From contig JAVVSK010000006.1 in NCBI GenBank assembly GCA_036654235.1, positions 34,102 to 98,101 on the forward strand: DNA of 64,000 nt. Direction: 5' to 3'. This DNA is from Clostridia bacterium (GTDB lineage: Bacteria; Bacillota; Clostridia; Christensenellales; CAG-138). Shown here piece after piece: positions 1-9,980 of this stretch (the stretch's first letter is position 1; each line of letters opens with the position of its first letter). Both the position numbers and the translations under genes were made by a program. Below the pieces are notes generated by a model, which saw only the letters and a program-made list of their open reading frames with translations, did no database searches and had not been told where the DNA came from.

Positions 1-270
1 AATAAGCTCCAAAACAGAGCGCCTTGCTTCAAGAACCCGCTTTGAACTTGTTAAAATTTCTAAGCCTTCCGAAACGGGAAGAACGCAAGAGGCTTGAAGT
101 TTATGAGACTTCGCATCTTCAACCAAGCACATACGGCAAGCGCCTATGTTATTTATGTCTTTAAGATTGCAGAGAGTTGGGATTTTTATACCCTCTTTTA
201 TACAAGCTTCGAGAACACTGGAGTTGTCAGCGGCTTGAACCGGTCTTCCGTCGATTTTGATATTAACCAT
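1..270 (-). CDS. N-terminal 90 codons of a 2Fe-2S ferredoxin-type domain protein of the [FeFe]-hydrogenase / NuoG / formate dehydrogenase N-terminal class. The gene continues off the left edge.
   Basis: Reverse-complement reading from the ATG at 270-268 gives MVNIKIDGRPVQAADNSSVLEACIKEGIKIPTLCNLKDINNIGACRMCLVEDAKSHKLQASCVLPVSEGLEIL with no stop down to position 1. The Cys spacing C-x10-C-x2-C-x13-C is the 2Fe-2S signature of HydA/NuoG N-termini. An AAAGGA SD lies about 10 nt upstream. It is absent from the ORF track because it is truncated. Confidence 0.65.
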   Translation of the reverse strand, partial: MVNIKIDGRPVQAADNSSVLEACIKEGIKIPTLCNLKDINNIGACRMCLVEDAKSHKLQASCVLPVSEGLEILTSSKRVLEARRSVLELI

Positions 271-493
271 AACTCAAAATCCTTTCGTTTTTTGATTTTC
301 GGCAAAGAGCCGAATTTATACCGTTAAATAGTCTAACACAGAGCGCATTTTTTTGCAAAAGAAAAATTATCCAACAAATAATGAATAAAAAATTAGACGT
401 AAGCATTTTTCTCCTGTTTTAGGCGAATTATTTTAAATTTTCGCACTCAATTTACACTTGTCGAACAATTTTGTTTAAAACTCCATTTAGTCG

Positions 494-522
494 TTGAAAA
501 CTTCATATTCCTGTGATATCAT
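494..522 (+). promoter_or_regulatory. Putative sigma-A promoter for the 568..4584 gene
   Basis: TTGAAA (494-499), a 17-nt spacer, then TATCAT (517-522), about 45 nt upstream of the ATG at 568. Confidence 0.35.
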
Positions 523-567
523 TACGTAAGTAGCGCTAAAGATAATCGAGAGTAAGGTGGTGCAAAT

Positions 568-3500
568 ATGCATAAAAAACTTCGTATTGTGGCAGTTTTT
601 ATTGCCCTATTGCCGTTGCTTTTCGGCTTTGCTTTTGCCGACGGTGAGAATATCATTGTCAATGGCGATTTTGAGCAGGGCGGAACGACAACTATGCCGA
701 TGGGATGGTACGTTGAAGCTTGGAATAACGACCTTGGAGCATACGGCGAATATGTTAAAACGGAAGACCGCGGAAATGTTGCGCATTTCGTAAGCCAAGA
801 GGATAACGATGCCCGAATGGTTCAGCTTATAACGGTTGAGCCGGAAACCTATTACAGTATAACCTGCGATATAAAATGCGCGGGTGTTAAAGGTGCCGAA
901 GGCGGCGGAGCGAATATTTCCGTTTTAGACAGCTTCGCTGGGACAACCCCAATTACCGGCGATGTAGACTGGAATACCGTTTCGTTTTGCGGCGTTACAA
1001 AGAGTGGGCAAAAGGAAATAAAACTTGCGCTTCGTATAGGAAATTACGGAGCCGTTGCCTCGGGTGAAGCGTGGTTCGACAACGTAGTAGTAGTAAAGCT
1101 CAGCGGAACGCCGAGCGGAGAAATTAAAGATTTTTTCATGTCTCTGGACGCTGAACAACCTCCCGCTGAAAAGACAACGGGAATGCCCAACGGAGCTGCT
1201 ATCATTATTGCTACGCTTTTAACGGCGGTAGCAGCATTTTTAATATATAAATTTTATATTGAAAAGCCGGAAATACAGGATTTAAATGAGAATAAAAAGA
1301 GCGTCGCGCTTAAAGTTTGGACGGTTATAGCGCTGGCTCTTTTAATCCGCGTTATAGTGAATTTTTTAGTAAAGAGTACGGGCGAAAACCCCGTATTTGG
1401 ACATTCGACCGATATTAACTGCTTTATGAGCTGGGGCGAGACTATGTTAAATAACGGTCCCGCGAAGTTTTATGAGGCGGCGGGCTTTGCCGATTATCCG
1501 CCGGGATATATGTATATTCTTTGGCTCTGTTCAGCTATTAGGTCGCTCTTCGGCATTCCATCCGGTTCGGCTCTACATGCTCTGGTATTAAAGCTTCCTA
1601 GTATTATTGCCGACATTGCTCTTTCTTATATGATATTTAGAATAGCAAAACGCTTTGGAAAGACAACTAAAACCGCTATACTATTTATGTGCCTCGTTGC
1701 GTTCAACCCGCTCATGATATTCATATCGGCGGGATGGGGTCAGATAGATCAACTTCTCGCCCTTGGACTGGTTGCCTCGTTTATGCTATTTATCGATAAA
1801 CCGCATAAACAATCTGACCTGATTCTTGAGGAAAAACCGTCTCTAATAGATTTTAGAAAGATTATCGCCGGATTTATATTCGGATTGACGATTCTAATAA
1901 AGCCACAGGCGCTTATGGTTGGACCGCTGTTCGCAGTAGCGTATTTTGTATATATCTTTACTTCGCCGAAGGGAAAGCGCGAAGGTGCGGTTTTAACGAC
2001 AATTTTATCCGTAGTCGCTGCCTGTCTCGTTATATTTGCCTATGCATTCCCGTTTAAGGGGAATGGAGACTGGTCGGTTCTTATTGATAAATATATTGGC
2101 ACGGCTACTTCATATCCCTATGCCAGCGTTGAGGCGTTTAATTTCATGGCGCTGATAGGCGGAAACTGGGCAAAGGTTACGGATACTATGCTGTTCGGTC
2201 TTTCATACGAGATATGGGGATGGATCTTTATGGGTATTATTGCTGTCGGAACCGCCATTCTCTATATAAAGGGCAAAAAGAAGAACCAATTCGCGCTTGT
2301 GCTTTGCGCGGCGCTACTCTTAGCCGGATTCTTTACCTTCGGACAGTATATGCATGAGAGGTATCTATTCCCCGTTTTGGCGCTTATTTTGGTTGCCGCT
2401 ATAGCGTATAATGATAAGCGTCTCTACATTTCGTTCGGGACCTTCACCGCTTCGATGTTCCTGAATTCAATGGCTGCTTTTATAATAATAGATAATAAGA
2501 GCGCGAGATATGATGGTTATGGAACGTATCTTATAATAGGTTCATTGCTTACGGTTTTGAGCTTTATATATTTTGCCTATGTTTGTATTGATATACTTAT
2601 TAGAGATAAAACGAAGCCTATGTTTTTAGAGAAAAAAAAGATTGCTACGTCGTCCGTTGTTTTGAAGGATGGCGCGGTCGTTCCCGAAAAAATCAGTGAT
2701 GTCGATTCGATTGAAATTAAGCCTATTACTCTTCCAGACCCCGTAGACAATAAGCTGCATTTTACGGCGAAGGATAGGTGGTTCAGTATAATTCTTACGG
2801 TCGTTTACTGTGTAATTGCCCTTTTAAATCTTGGAACGACGCAAGCTCCGGAAACGCATTATAACGCGACGGTTACGAGTGAGCCGGTCGTAATAAGCTT
2901 TGGTAAAAACGTAAAACTGGGTTCTATATACGTTTACGGCGGTATAGAGGATAAAGGCGTAGCCGTTTTATCCGATAATAAGGGTACTAACGTAAACTAT
3001 ACTCAGGAATACGGAAACATGTTCCGTTGGCATAGCGTCTCCGGTGTTCATATGGAAACGACGGAAGTTACGTTAAGGGTAGATAGCGGAAAGATCGACT
3101 TCTGCGAACTCGCGTTTTTCGATATCGATGGGAAATATATTAATGCGACGGCATCGGCCTCGGGTCTCGCACTTGTTGACGAACCTAAACAGGTTCCTGC
3201 TATAGAAGATATGTCCTATATGAACGGCATGTATTTTGACGAACTTTATCACGGGCGAACCGCGTATGAGCACCTAAATAACCTTAGTCCATATGAAAAT
3301 TCACATCCGCCTCTCGGGAAAATATTTATAAGCATAGGTGTCGCTATATTCGGAATGAACGCCTTTGGTTGGAGAATAATCGGAACTTTATTCGGCGTTG
3401 CTATGGTGCCCCTTATGTATTGTCTCGGAAAGCGCCTGTTTAAAAAGAGCGAATATGCGCTTTTAACTGCATTCCTATTTGCCTTTGATCTCATGCACTT

Positions 3501-4584
3501 TGCACAGACGAGAATAGCTACCGTTGACGTTTACGCTGTTTTCTTCATAATCCTGATGTTCTACTATATGTATCAGTACTATACGATGAACTTCTATGTT
3601 GATGGATTGAAAAAAACGCTTAAACCATTGGGGCTTGCGGGACTTTTCTTCGGATTGGGCGCTGCAAGTAAGTGGATCTGTATATATGCGGGGTTTGGAC
3701 TTGCGCTTATTCTTATGTTCTCGCTTATAAAGCGGTATAAAGAATATAAGCGCTATAACGGTGAATTCGGAACGAATAAATTTGCTGTTCTGACGATAGA
3801 AACTCTCGCATGGTGCTGCCTTTTCTATCTTCTTATTCCCGGAGCGATTTACTTTGCGTCCTATACTCCGTATTTCATCTATAACGGCGATAATACGATA
3901 GGAAAGATGCTAAAAACCGTATCTTATTATCAAGGCTATATGTTCAGCTATCATAGTGGTCTTACGGATGGACATGCTTTCGCTTCTTCTTGGTACGAAT
4001 GGCCTCTTATATTTAGACCGGTTTGGTTCTATGTCGGATCGGTAAAGGCCGGCTTCGTTTCGACTATTTCAACCTTCGGAAGCCCGGCTGTTTGGTGGCC
4101 GTGTTTTGCCGGAACTGTCGCTCTAGGTATCAGTATAATCATGAAGAAGATAAAGATGAATAAGGGGATGGTAATAGGCTTTATCGGGATTTTAGCGAAC
4201 CTTGGAGCGTGGGTTTTAGTAACCAGATGCACATTCGAGTATCACTATTTTGCGACTGTACCGTTTATTATAATATTGACGGTTTCCTATTTAAAAGAAA
4301 TGGAAGATAGGTATAACTGGCTTAGTTACGTTAAATGGGGTTGGATAGGTCTAACGGGTCTCGTTTTTGCAATGTTCTATCCGTTTGTTTCGGGTCTTCC
4401 CGTTCCGTCAATTTGGATGAGACTCATGCAGTGGCTTCCGGGCTGGACATTCGTCGGAACGACCGGTGGCGCTGAGGGATATATATTTGGATTGGTTTTC
4501 GTTATAGCCGTTGTAGCTGCTTTTGTCCTTTACGGTCAATACGCTAAAAAGAAAGCGGGGTTAAAGCTTAATGAAAAAAAATAA
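568..4584 (+). CDS. Giant membrane glycosyltransferase: signal peptide, CBM4/9-like beta-sandwich, GT-C module 1, an extracytoplasmic beta-sandwich, then a GT39/PMT-type GT-C module 2
   Basis: AAGGTGG SD precedes the ATG. The signal peptide reads MHKKLRIVAVFIALLPLLFGFAFA. GENIIVNGDFEQG...WFDNVVVVKL resembles a CBM_4_9-type domain. Module 1 has STDINCFMSWGE...FADYPPGYMYILW followed by many TM helices. Module 2 has YFDELYHGRTAYEHL...SHPPLGKIFISIG...FDLMHFAQTRIATVDVY, typical of dolichyl/polyprenyl-phosphate-mannose protein mannosyltransferases (PMT/GT39). Confidence 0.8.
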   Translation: MHKKLRIVAVFIALLPLLFGFAFADGENIIVNGDFEQGGTTTMPMGWYVEAWNNDLGAYGEYVKTEDRGNVAHFVSQEDNDARMVQLITVEPETYYSITCDIKCAGVKGAEGGGANISVLDSFAGTTPITGDVDWNTVSFCGVTKSGQKEIKLALRIGNYGAVASGEAWFDNVVVVKLSGTPSGEIKDFFMSLDAEQPPAEKTTGMPNGAAIIIATLLTAVAAFLIYKFYIEKPEIQDLNENKKSVALKVWTVIALALLIRVIVNFLVKSTGENPVFGHSTDINCFMSWGETMLNNGPAKFYEAAGFADYPPGYMYILWLCSAIRSLFGIPSGSALHALVLKLPSIIADIALSYMIFRIAKRFGKTTKTAILFMCLVAFNPLMIFISAGWGQIDQLLALGLVASFMLFIDKPHKQSDLILEEKPSLIDFRKIIAGFIFGLTILIKPQALMVGPLFAVAYFVYIFTSPKGKREGAVLTTILSVVAACLVIFAYAFPFKGNGDWSVLIDKYIGTATSYPYASVEAFNFMALIGGNWAKVTDTMLFGLSYEIWGWIFMGIIAVGTAILYIKGKKKNQFALVLCAALLLAGFFTFGQYMHERYLFPVLALILVAAIAYNDKRLYISFGTFTASMFLNSMAAFIIIDNKSARYDGYGTYLIIGSLLTVLSFIYFAYVCIDILIRDKTKPMFLEKKKIATSSVVLKDGAVVPEKISDVDSIEIKPITLPDPVDNKLHFTAKDRWFSIILTVVYCVIALLNLGTTQAPETHYNATVTSEPVVISFGKNVKLGSIYVYGGIEDKGVAVLSDNKGTNVNYTQEYGNMFRWHSVSGVHMETTEVTLRVDSGKIDFCELAFFDIDGKYINATASASGLALVDEPKQVPAIEDMSYMNGMYFDELYHGRTAYEHLNNLSPYENSHPPLGKIFISIGVAIFGMNAFGWRIIGTLFGVAMVPLMYCLGKRLFKKSEYALLTAFLFAFDLMHFAQTRIATVDVYAVFFIILMFYYMYQYYTMNFYVDGLKKTLKPLGLAGLFFGLGAASKWICIYAGFGLALILMFSLIKRYKEYKRYNGEFGTNKFAVLTIETLAWCCLFYLLIPGAIYFASYTPYFIYNGDNTIGKMLKTVSYYQGYMFSYHSGLTDGHAFASSWYEWPLIFRPVWFYVGSVKAGFVSTISTFGSPAVWWPCFAGTVALGISIIMKKIKMNKGMVIGFIGILANLGAWVLVTRCTFEYHYFATVPFIIILTVSYLKEMEDRYNWLSYVKWGWIGLTGLVFAMFYPFVSGLPVPSIWMRLMQWLPGWTFVGTTGGAEGYIFGLVFVIAVVAAFVLYGQYAKKKAGLKLNEKK

Positions 4585-5104
4585 CATAAGCGGGACAAAG
4601 CGTTCGATTATACAATTTATTAAGTTTATGCTGATAGGCGTTATAAATACGCTTATTGACCTTGCTGTTTTTACCATTCTTAGGCTTGTTTTTAACGTTG
4701 GCGAAGATCAAGCTTGGCTATTGACCGTTTTTCAGGCAATCAGCTTTTCTTGCGGAGTGCTGAACAGCTATCTCTTTAATACTCTTTGGACTTTTAAAGA
4801 GGAACATAAGAAAAAGTCAAAAAAAGAATTTTGGCTATTTGTCCTCGTTAATATTGGTTCGTTCTTAGTATCCGTATTAGTTTTATACCTTTCGCGCGCA
4901 TTTATCTTCGAGGGAACGCAGTTGGCGCAAAACGTTGCGAACGGTGCGGTCTTTGGAATAAAACTTGAGTATTCTCAGACTGTTGATATATTAAGCAAGC
5001 TTGTTGCAACGCCGATTGCTATGATAGTCAACTTTTTCGGAAATAAGCTCTTCGTTTTTAAAGATAAAAGCTCGGGCGATTCAACGGATATGAGGAAAAA
5101 CTAA
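4571..5104 (+). CDS. GtrA-family membrane protein (flippase-like partner of polyprenyl-phosphate-sugar pathways)
   Basis: IQFIKFMLIGVINTLIDLAVFTIL...NSYLFNTLWTFK...NFFGNKLFVFK is the GtrA-like pattern, with 4 TM helices. The start overlaps the upstream stop by 14 nt, suggesting translational coupling. Confidence 0.8.
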   Translation: MKKNNISGTKRSIIQFIKFMLIGVINTLIDLAVFTILRLVFNVGEDQAWLLTVFQAISFSCGVLNSYLFNTLWTFKEEHKKKSKKEFWLFVLVNIGSFLVSVLVLYLSRAFIFEGTQLAQNVANGAVFGIKLEYSQTVDILSKLVATPIAMIVNFFGNKLFVFKDKSSGDSTDMRKN

Positions 5105-5119
5105 ACTTTAACATGATTT

Positions 5120-5162
5120 TTGGACGATGGGAAAAAACTTTTTTTCCATCGTCCAATTTTTT
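5120..5162 (+). terminator. Intrinsic terminator after gtrA, directly abutting the comM SD
   Basis: 11-bp perfect stem TTGGACGATGG (5120-5130) / CCATCGTCCAA (5146-5156), followed by a T6 run (5157-5162) and then GGAGGG. Confidence 0.7.
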
Positions 5163-5171
5163 GGAGGGAAT

Positions 5172-6698
5172 ATGCTTGCACGCATTATGAGCCGTGGACT
5201 AAACGGGATAGACGGATTTTCGGTTACCGTTGAGGTTGACGTTTCGACAGGAATGCCGTCTTATGACTTAGTTGGGCTTCCCGATCTTGCGGTTAAAGAG
5301 AGTCGGGAGAGAATTCGCGCCGCACTAAAAAACAGCGGCTTTAAATATTATTTTGATAGGGTAATAGTAAGTCTCGCTCCGGCGGATACGAAAAAGGAAG
5401 GATCAATATACGATTTACCGATAGCTATCGGGCTTTTAAACGCTTCGGGACAGATAAACGATTCCGCAATTTTTGAATACGCTATAATGGGAGAGCTGGC
5501 GCTTGACGGGTCGGTTCGTGCGATTCGAGGGGTTTTACCAATGGTCATAGGCGCACTAGAAAGCGGGATAAAAAAGGTCATAATTCCTTACGAAAACGCT
5601 CTTGAGGCGGCATATATAGACGGGATAGAGATATACGCCGTTAAGTCGCTTAGGGAGACAGTCTCCGTAATACGGAAAGAAGGTAAGATTACGCAATATC
5701 CCCTTCAGCATTGGGATCCGGATTTTTTAGCCGGAGACATTGATTTTTCGGATATACGGGGGCAACAGGGCGCAAAGCGCGCGGCGGAGGTCGCCGTTGC
5801 GGGCGGTCATAATATGCTTATGGTAGGAACTCCCGGTTCGGGTAAAACAATGTTGGCAAAGAGAATTCCGAGCATTTTACCCGAACTTATGTTTGAGGAG
5901 GCTCTCGAGATAACAAAGATACAATCTATTGCGGGGGAGCTTCGCGATTCCGGGGGTCTCGTAACAGAACGTCCGTTTAGATCGCCGCATCATACATCAT
6001 CTTGCGTCTCTTTAGTTGGCGGAGGAACTAAGGCGCGACCGGGGGAAATAAGCCTTTCACATTACGGCGTTTTATTTTTAGATGAGCTTCCTGAGTTTAA
6101 AAAAGACGTATTGGAGGCGCTGCGTCAGCCTCTAGAGGATGGAACGGTGACGATTTCGCGCGCAAACGCGCGTTATACCTATCCGGCGGAGTTTATCTTA
6201 ATCGCGGCAATGAACCCCTGCCCCTGTGGAAATAGCGGTTCAAAGGTCGGCGTTTGTCGCTGTTCTCAGCCGCAAATAAATAAATATCGACAGAGGATAA
6301 GCGGTCCGCTCCTTGACAGAATTGATATTCACATAGAAATGACGGAGGTTCCCTATGACGATATTGCCGGAAAGAAAAGGGGTGAGTCGTCGGCGGAGAT
6401 AAGGCTTCGGGTAAATAAGGCGAGAGCGTTACAGAGAGATCGGTATAAAAACGAAGCATTATTTTTCAATGCTCAATTGAACGGTAAGTTTCTCGAAAAA
6501 TATTGTCCGTTAAACGAGAGTGCGGAGAGCCTATTACGCACGGCTTATAATCGGCTTAATTTAAGCGCACGCGCGTTTTCGAGGATAAAAAAGGTTGCGC
6601 GGACTATTGCCGATTTAGCGGGTGAAGAAGTTATATCCGCGTCGCATATAGCAGAGGCAATTCAATATAGAAGTCTCGACGCGCGATATACGCTTTAA
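5172..6698 (+). CDS. comM: YifB/ComM family Mg-chelatase-like AAA+ ATPase
   Basis: MLARIMSRGLNGIDGFSVTVEVD, Walker A GTPGSGKT, LFLDELPEF and a C-terminal ChlI-like region. The start was moved from the track's 5127 (inside the terminator stem) to the ATG at 5172, which follows a GGAGGG SD. Confidence 0.9.
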   Translation: MLARIMSRGLNGIDGFSVTVEVDVSTGMPSYDLVGLPDLAVKESRERIRAALKNSGFKYYFDRVIVSLAPADTKKEGSIYDLPIAIGLLNASGQINDSAIFEYAIMGELALDGSVRAIRGVLPMVIGALESGIKKVIIPYENALEAAYIDGIEIYAVKSLRETVSVIRKEGKITQYPLQHWDPDFLAGDIDFSDIRGQQGAKRAAEVAVAGGHNMLMVGTPGSGKTMLAKRIPSILPELMFEEALEITKIQSIAGELRDSGGLVTERPFRSPHHTSSCVSLVGGGTKARPGEISLSHYGVLFLDELPEFKKDVLEALRQPLEDGTVTISRANARYTYPAEFILIAAMNPCPCGNSGSKVGVCRCSQPQINKYRQRISGPLLDRIDIHIEMTEVPYDDIAGKKRGESSAEIRLRVNKARALQRDRYKNEALFFNAQLNGKFLEKYCPLNESAESLLRTAYNRLNLSARAFSRIKKVARTIADLAGEEVISASHIAEAIQYRSLDARYTL

Positions 6699-6757
6699 GA
6701 CGCGCATAAATATATATTTTTTATAAAAATAAACTGAGAAAAGGAGAATTATAAGGC

Positions 6758-7867
6758 ATGAGAAAATTGAGAAGGGAGGAACGATATTATTTTTGGCTCT
6801 CACAAATAATGGGGGATAAGTATAGAACCTTCGATAAGTTGATGAAAATATATGGATCAGCGGAAAATATTTTTAACGAGGCTAATGGGAATAAGCCTTC
6901 TTTTCCTAAATTTATAAACGAGCATACTAAAAAAGAAATGCAGCGCGCGGCGCGAGATGAATTCATTGATAAGTACGAAGCTATAATGGAAAAGAAAAAA
7001 ATAGGCATAACGACCCTAATAAGCGAAGATTACCCTTTTCTCCTAAAAGAAATAAATATGCCGCCGCGCGTTTTATTTTATATTGGAAATTTGATAGAAC
7101 CTAAGCTCCCGATAGCCGTTGTCGGAACGAGAAGCTGTACGGATTACGGCGAAAAGGTATCGGGGAAACTGGGCTTCGAACTTGCCTCGAGCGGCGTTTG
7201 CGTAATCAGCGGGATGGCTTTAGGGATAGACGCGAGTGCGGCGCGAGGAGCTTTGCGTGCAGAAAACAATGATTTTCCGACTGTCGCCGTATTGGGCAGC
7301 GGACTCAATATAATCTATCCGAAGGAAAACGAAAAACTATTCTATGAAATAGCGGAAAGAGGTCTTGTTATAAGTGAATATACTTTGGGAGTAAAACCTA
7401 TGCCGGGGAATTTCCCTATGCGAAACAGGGTAATAGTCGGGCTTTCAAAGGGCGTTGTAATTGTCGAAGCGCCGCAAAAGAGCGGAGCACTTATCAGTGC
7501 CGGGTTAGCTCTAGACTATAATCGCGATTTATTTTGCGTTCCGGGGCGGATAACCGACCATATGAGCATTGGCGTTAATAAGCTTATGGTTGAGGGAGCG
7601 GGAAAACCGATAAACTCGGTTTCTGATATCCTTCTCGAATATAATATAAAAGTAAAAGCCTCGAAAACAACTATAAGATACAACGAAAGGGGACTGCCAA
7701 AGGAGGCTCTGGCAATTTGTAAAGAGCTTGAAAAGGAAAATAAAACATATGACGATTTATGTGAAATATTAGGACTTTCACATTTAGACCTAAATTCTGC
7801 CTTGACATATCTTGAGTTTTCGGGAATAATTAAGCAGCTGCCAGGGCGGGAATATTGTTTTGTTTAA
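6758..7867 (+). CDS. dprA: DNA-processing protein DprA (Smf)
   Basis: PPRVLFYIGN...VAVVGTRSCTDYG...ISGMALGIDASAARGAL...PMRNRVIVGLS...VVEAPQKSGALISA are DprA Rossmann-like motifs. Confidence 0.9.
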   Translation: MRKLRREERYYFWLSQIMGDKYRTFDKLMKIYGSAENIFNEANGNKPSFPKFINEHTKKEMQRAARDEFIDKYEAIMEKKKIGITTLISEDYPFLLKEINMPPRVLFYIGNLIEPKLPIAVVGTRSCTDYGEKVSGKLGFELASSGVCVISGMALGIDASAARGALRAENNDFPTVAVLGSGLNIIYPKENEKLFYEIAERGLVISEYTLGVKPMPGNFPMRNRVIVGLSKGVVIVEAPQKSGALISAGLALDYNRDLFCVPGRITDHMSIGVNKLMVEGAGKPINSVSDILLEYNIKVKASKTTIRYNERGLPKEALAICKELEKENKTYDDLCEILGLSHLDLNSALTYLEFSGIIKQLPGREYCFV

Positions 7868-7904
7868 TTTCACCGGGCAGAGAAACTAAAAAAGGACAAT
7901 AGGT

Positions 7905-9980
7905 ATGACACTTATAATAGTGGAATCGCCTACCAAGGCTAAGAAAATAGGCAAATTCCTCGGAAAAAAATACAAGGTTGTTGCATCGAATGGGCATATT
8001 AGGGATCTTCCGAAAAGCACTCTCGGAGTAGACGTTGAACATGATTTTACTCCAAAGTATATAACGCTTAGGGGCAGGGGCGCAGTCCTGGAAATGATAA
8101 AAAAAGAAGCTAAGGGCACCGATAAGGTACTTTTGGCAACCGACCCTGATAGGGAGGGCGAGGCTATTTCATGGCATCTTGCGCATGTTTTAAAGATAGC
8201 GGATGGCGAAAAATGCCGAATAGTGTTTAACGAAATAACTCAAAAGGCGATAAAAAATTCTCTCGAACATCCGAGGGTTATAGATAGACCATTGGTAGAT
8301 GCACAGCAGGCGCGGAGGGTTCTTGACAGGCTCGTCGGCTATTCGATAAGCCCCGTACTTTGGGCTAAGGTTCGAAAGGGCCTTAGTGCCGGGCGGGTTC
8401 AGTCCGTTGCGGCTAGGATAATTTGTGATCGCGAAGAAGAAATATTGAGCTTTATTCCGGAGGAATATTGGACGATTTCGGCGGAGCTAAAAGAGCAGCA
8501 CATATCGAAACCGGTAAACGCAAAGTTTTACGGGTTTAACGGGAAAAAGACGGAGATACATACCGAGGAAGAAGCGAACGTCGTCCTTGAAAAAAGTAAG
8601 CAGGGCGATTTTACGGTAAGCGACGTTAAAAAAACAGTAAAAAATAAGCGCGCACCGGCTCCGTTTACAACGAGTAGCCTACAACAGGAGGCGGGGCGTA
8701 AGCTCGGCTTTACAACGAAACATACGATGCTCGTTGCGCAGCAGCTCTATGAAGGAGCGGAGTTCGATTCGGGACTTGTAACTTATATAAGGACAGATTC
8801 GGTTCGCGTTGCGGCCGAAGCTCAGGAAAATGCGCTTTCTTATATCAAAGGTCACTATGGCAAAGAATATGCTCCGGAAAAGCCTAACTTCTATAAGGGA
8901 AGGAAAGACGCTCAGGACGCGCATGAAGCAATCCGCCCGACGAATATGGACTATACCCCGGCTTTTATGAAAGATAAGCTTACGCCGACGCAATATAAGC
9001 TTTATAAACTCGTATTCGAGAGATTTTTGGCTAGTCAGATGACGGATGCTATAACGGAAAGTACTACGGTTACTTTGGGTGTCAACGGATGTACTTATAA
9101 ATTAAATGGCATGCGCACGATTTTTGACGGCTTTACAGCAATATATACCGAGGGAAGGGACGACGTTGAAGAAAAGACGGCGACGCTTCCCGAGATAAAT
9201 GAAGGCGATAGCTTAAAGCTTCAAAAGTTAACTTCTGAACAAAAATTTACGCAGCCGCCGACGAGATATACCGAAGCGGCTCTTGTAAGAACCCTTGAGG
9301 AACTCGGTATAGGTAGACCGAGCACTTATGCGCCGACTATATTTACGATTTTAGAGCGCGGCTATATAAAGAGAGAAAAAAAATTATTGATACCGACGGA
9401 TTTGGGTTTTGTTGTAACGAAACTTATGAAAGAAAACTTTAAAAATATTGTCGATTTGCGCTTTACCGCCGATATGGAGCAAAGGCTGGATAGCGTCGAA
9501 GATGGTAAGGAAAATTGGACTAATATCATAAGAGAATTTTATTTTCCGTTTGAGGAAACCGTTGAACAGGCTAAAAGCACGATAGAAAAGGTTATAATAC
9601 CTGACGAGGTCTCGGATATACCGTGTGAAAAATGCGGAGCTATGATGGTCTATAAAATGGGAAGATACGGACGGTTTTTAGCTTGCCCTAATTTTCCGGA
9701 ATGCAAAAGTACGAAGGCGATAGTCGAGAAAATTGGAGTAAAATGCCCGAGTTGCGGTGCTGATATAATAAAAAGAAAATCTAAGCGTGGGAAATTATTT
9801 TACGGCTGTGAAAAATATCCAGAATGCAGCTTCGTTTCATGGGAAAAGCCAACCGGCGAAAAATGCGAAAAATGTGGAGCTTTCATGGTGGTAAGAATGG
9901 GTAAAAAGGGCGCCTGTAACGCATGTTCAAATAAAGACTGCGGAAAGGGTGAAACCGCTAAGGAAGAAAAGAATGATTAA
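7905..9980 (+). CDS. topA: DNA topoisomerase I
   Basis: Toprim N-terminus MTLIIVESPTKAKKIGKFLG, the active-site region YIRTDS, and three C-terminal CxxC...CxxC zinc ribbons. Confidence 0.95.
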   Translation: MTLIIVESPTKAKKIGKFLGKKYKVVASNGHIRDLPKSTLGVDVEHDFTPKYITLRGRGAVLEMIKKEAKGTDKVLLATDPDREGEAISWHLAHVLKIADGEKCRIVFNEITQKAIKNSLEHPRVIDRPLVDAQQARRVLDRLVGYSISPVLWAKVRKGLSAGRVQSVAARIICDREEEILSFIPEEYWTISAELKEQHISKPVNAKFYGFNGKKTEIHTEEEANVVLEKSKQGDFTVSDVKKTVKNKRAPAPFTTSSLQQEAGRKLGFTTKHTMLVAQQLYEGAEFDSGLVTYIRTDSVRVAAEAQENALSYIKGHYGKEYAPEKPNFYKGRKDAQDAHEAIRPTNMDYTPAFMKDKLTPTQYKLYKLVFERFLASQMTDAITESTTVTLGVNGCTYKLNGMRTIFDGFTAIYTEGRDDVEEKTATLPEINEGDSLKLQKLTSEQKFTQPPTRYTEAALVRTLEELGIGRPSTYAPTIFTILERGYIKREKKLLIPTDLGFVVTKLMKENFKNIVDLRFTADMEQRLDSVEDGKENWTNIIREFYFPFEETVEQAKSTIEKVIIPDEVSDIPCEKCGAMMVYKMGRYGRFLACPNFPECKSTKAIVEKIGVKCPSCGADIIKRKSKRGKLFYGCEKYPECSFVSWEKPTGEKCEKCGAFMVVRMGKKGACNACSNKDCGKGETAKEEKND

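Noticed and set aside
94-327. Track ORF of 77 aa on the plus strand
   Set aside because: It is antisense to a much better supported minus-strand 2Fe-2S domain CDS (1-270). It has no SD and no recognisable motifs.
5127-5171. Upstream-extended starts given by the ORF track (5127, 9949, 11293, 11879, 30794, 33745, 35346, 44930, 47818, 48306, 26943, 25252)
   Set aside because: In each case a downstream ATG with a proper SD gives the canonical protein N-terminus. The extension overlaps the preceding gene or a terminator stem.
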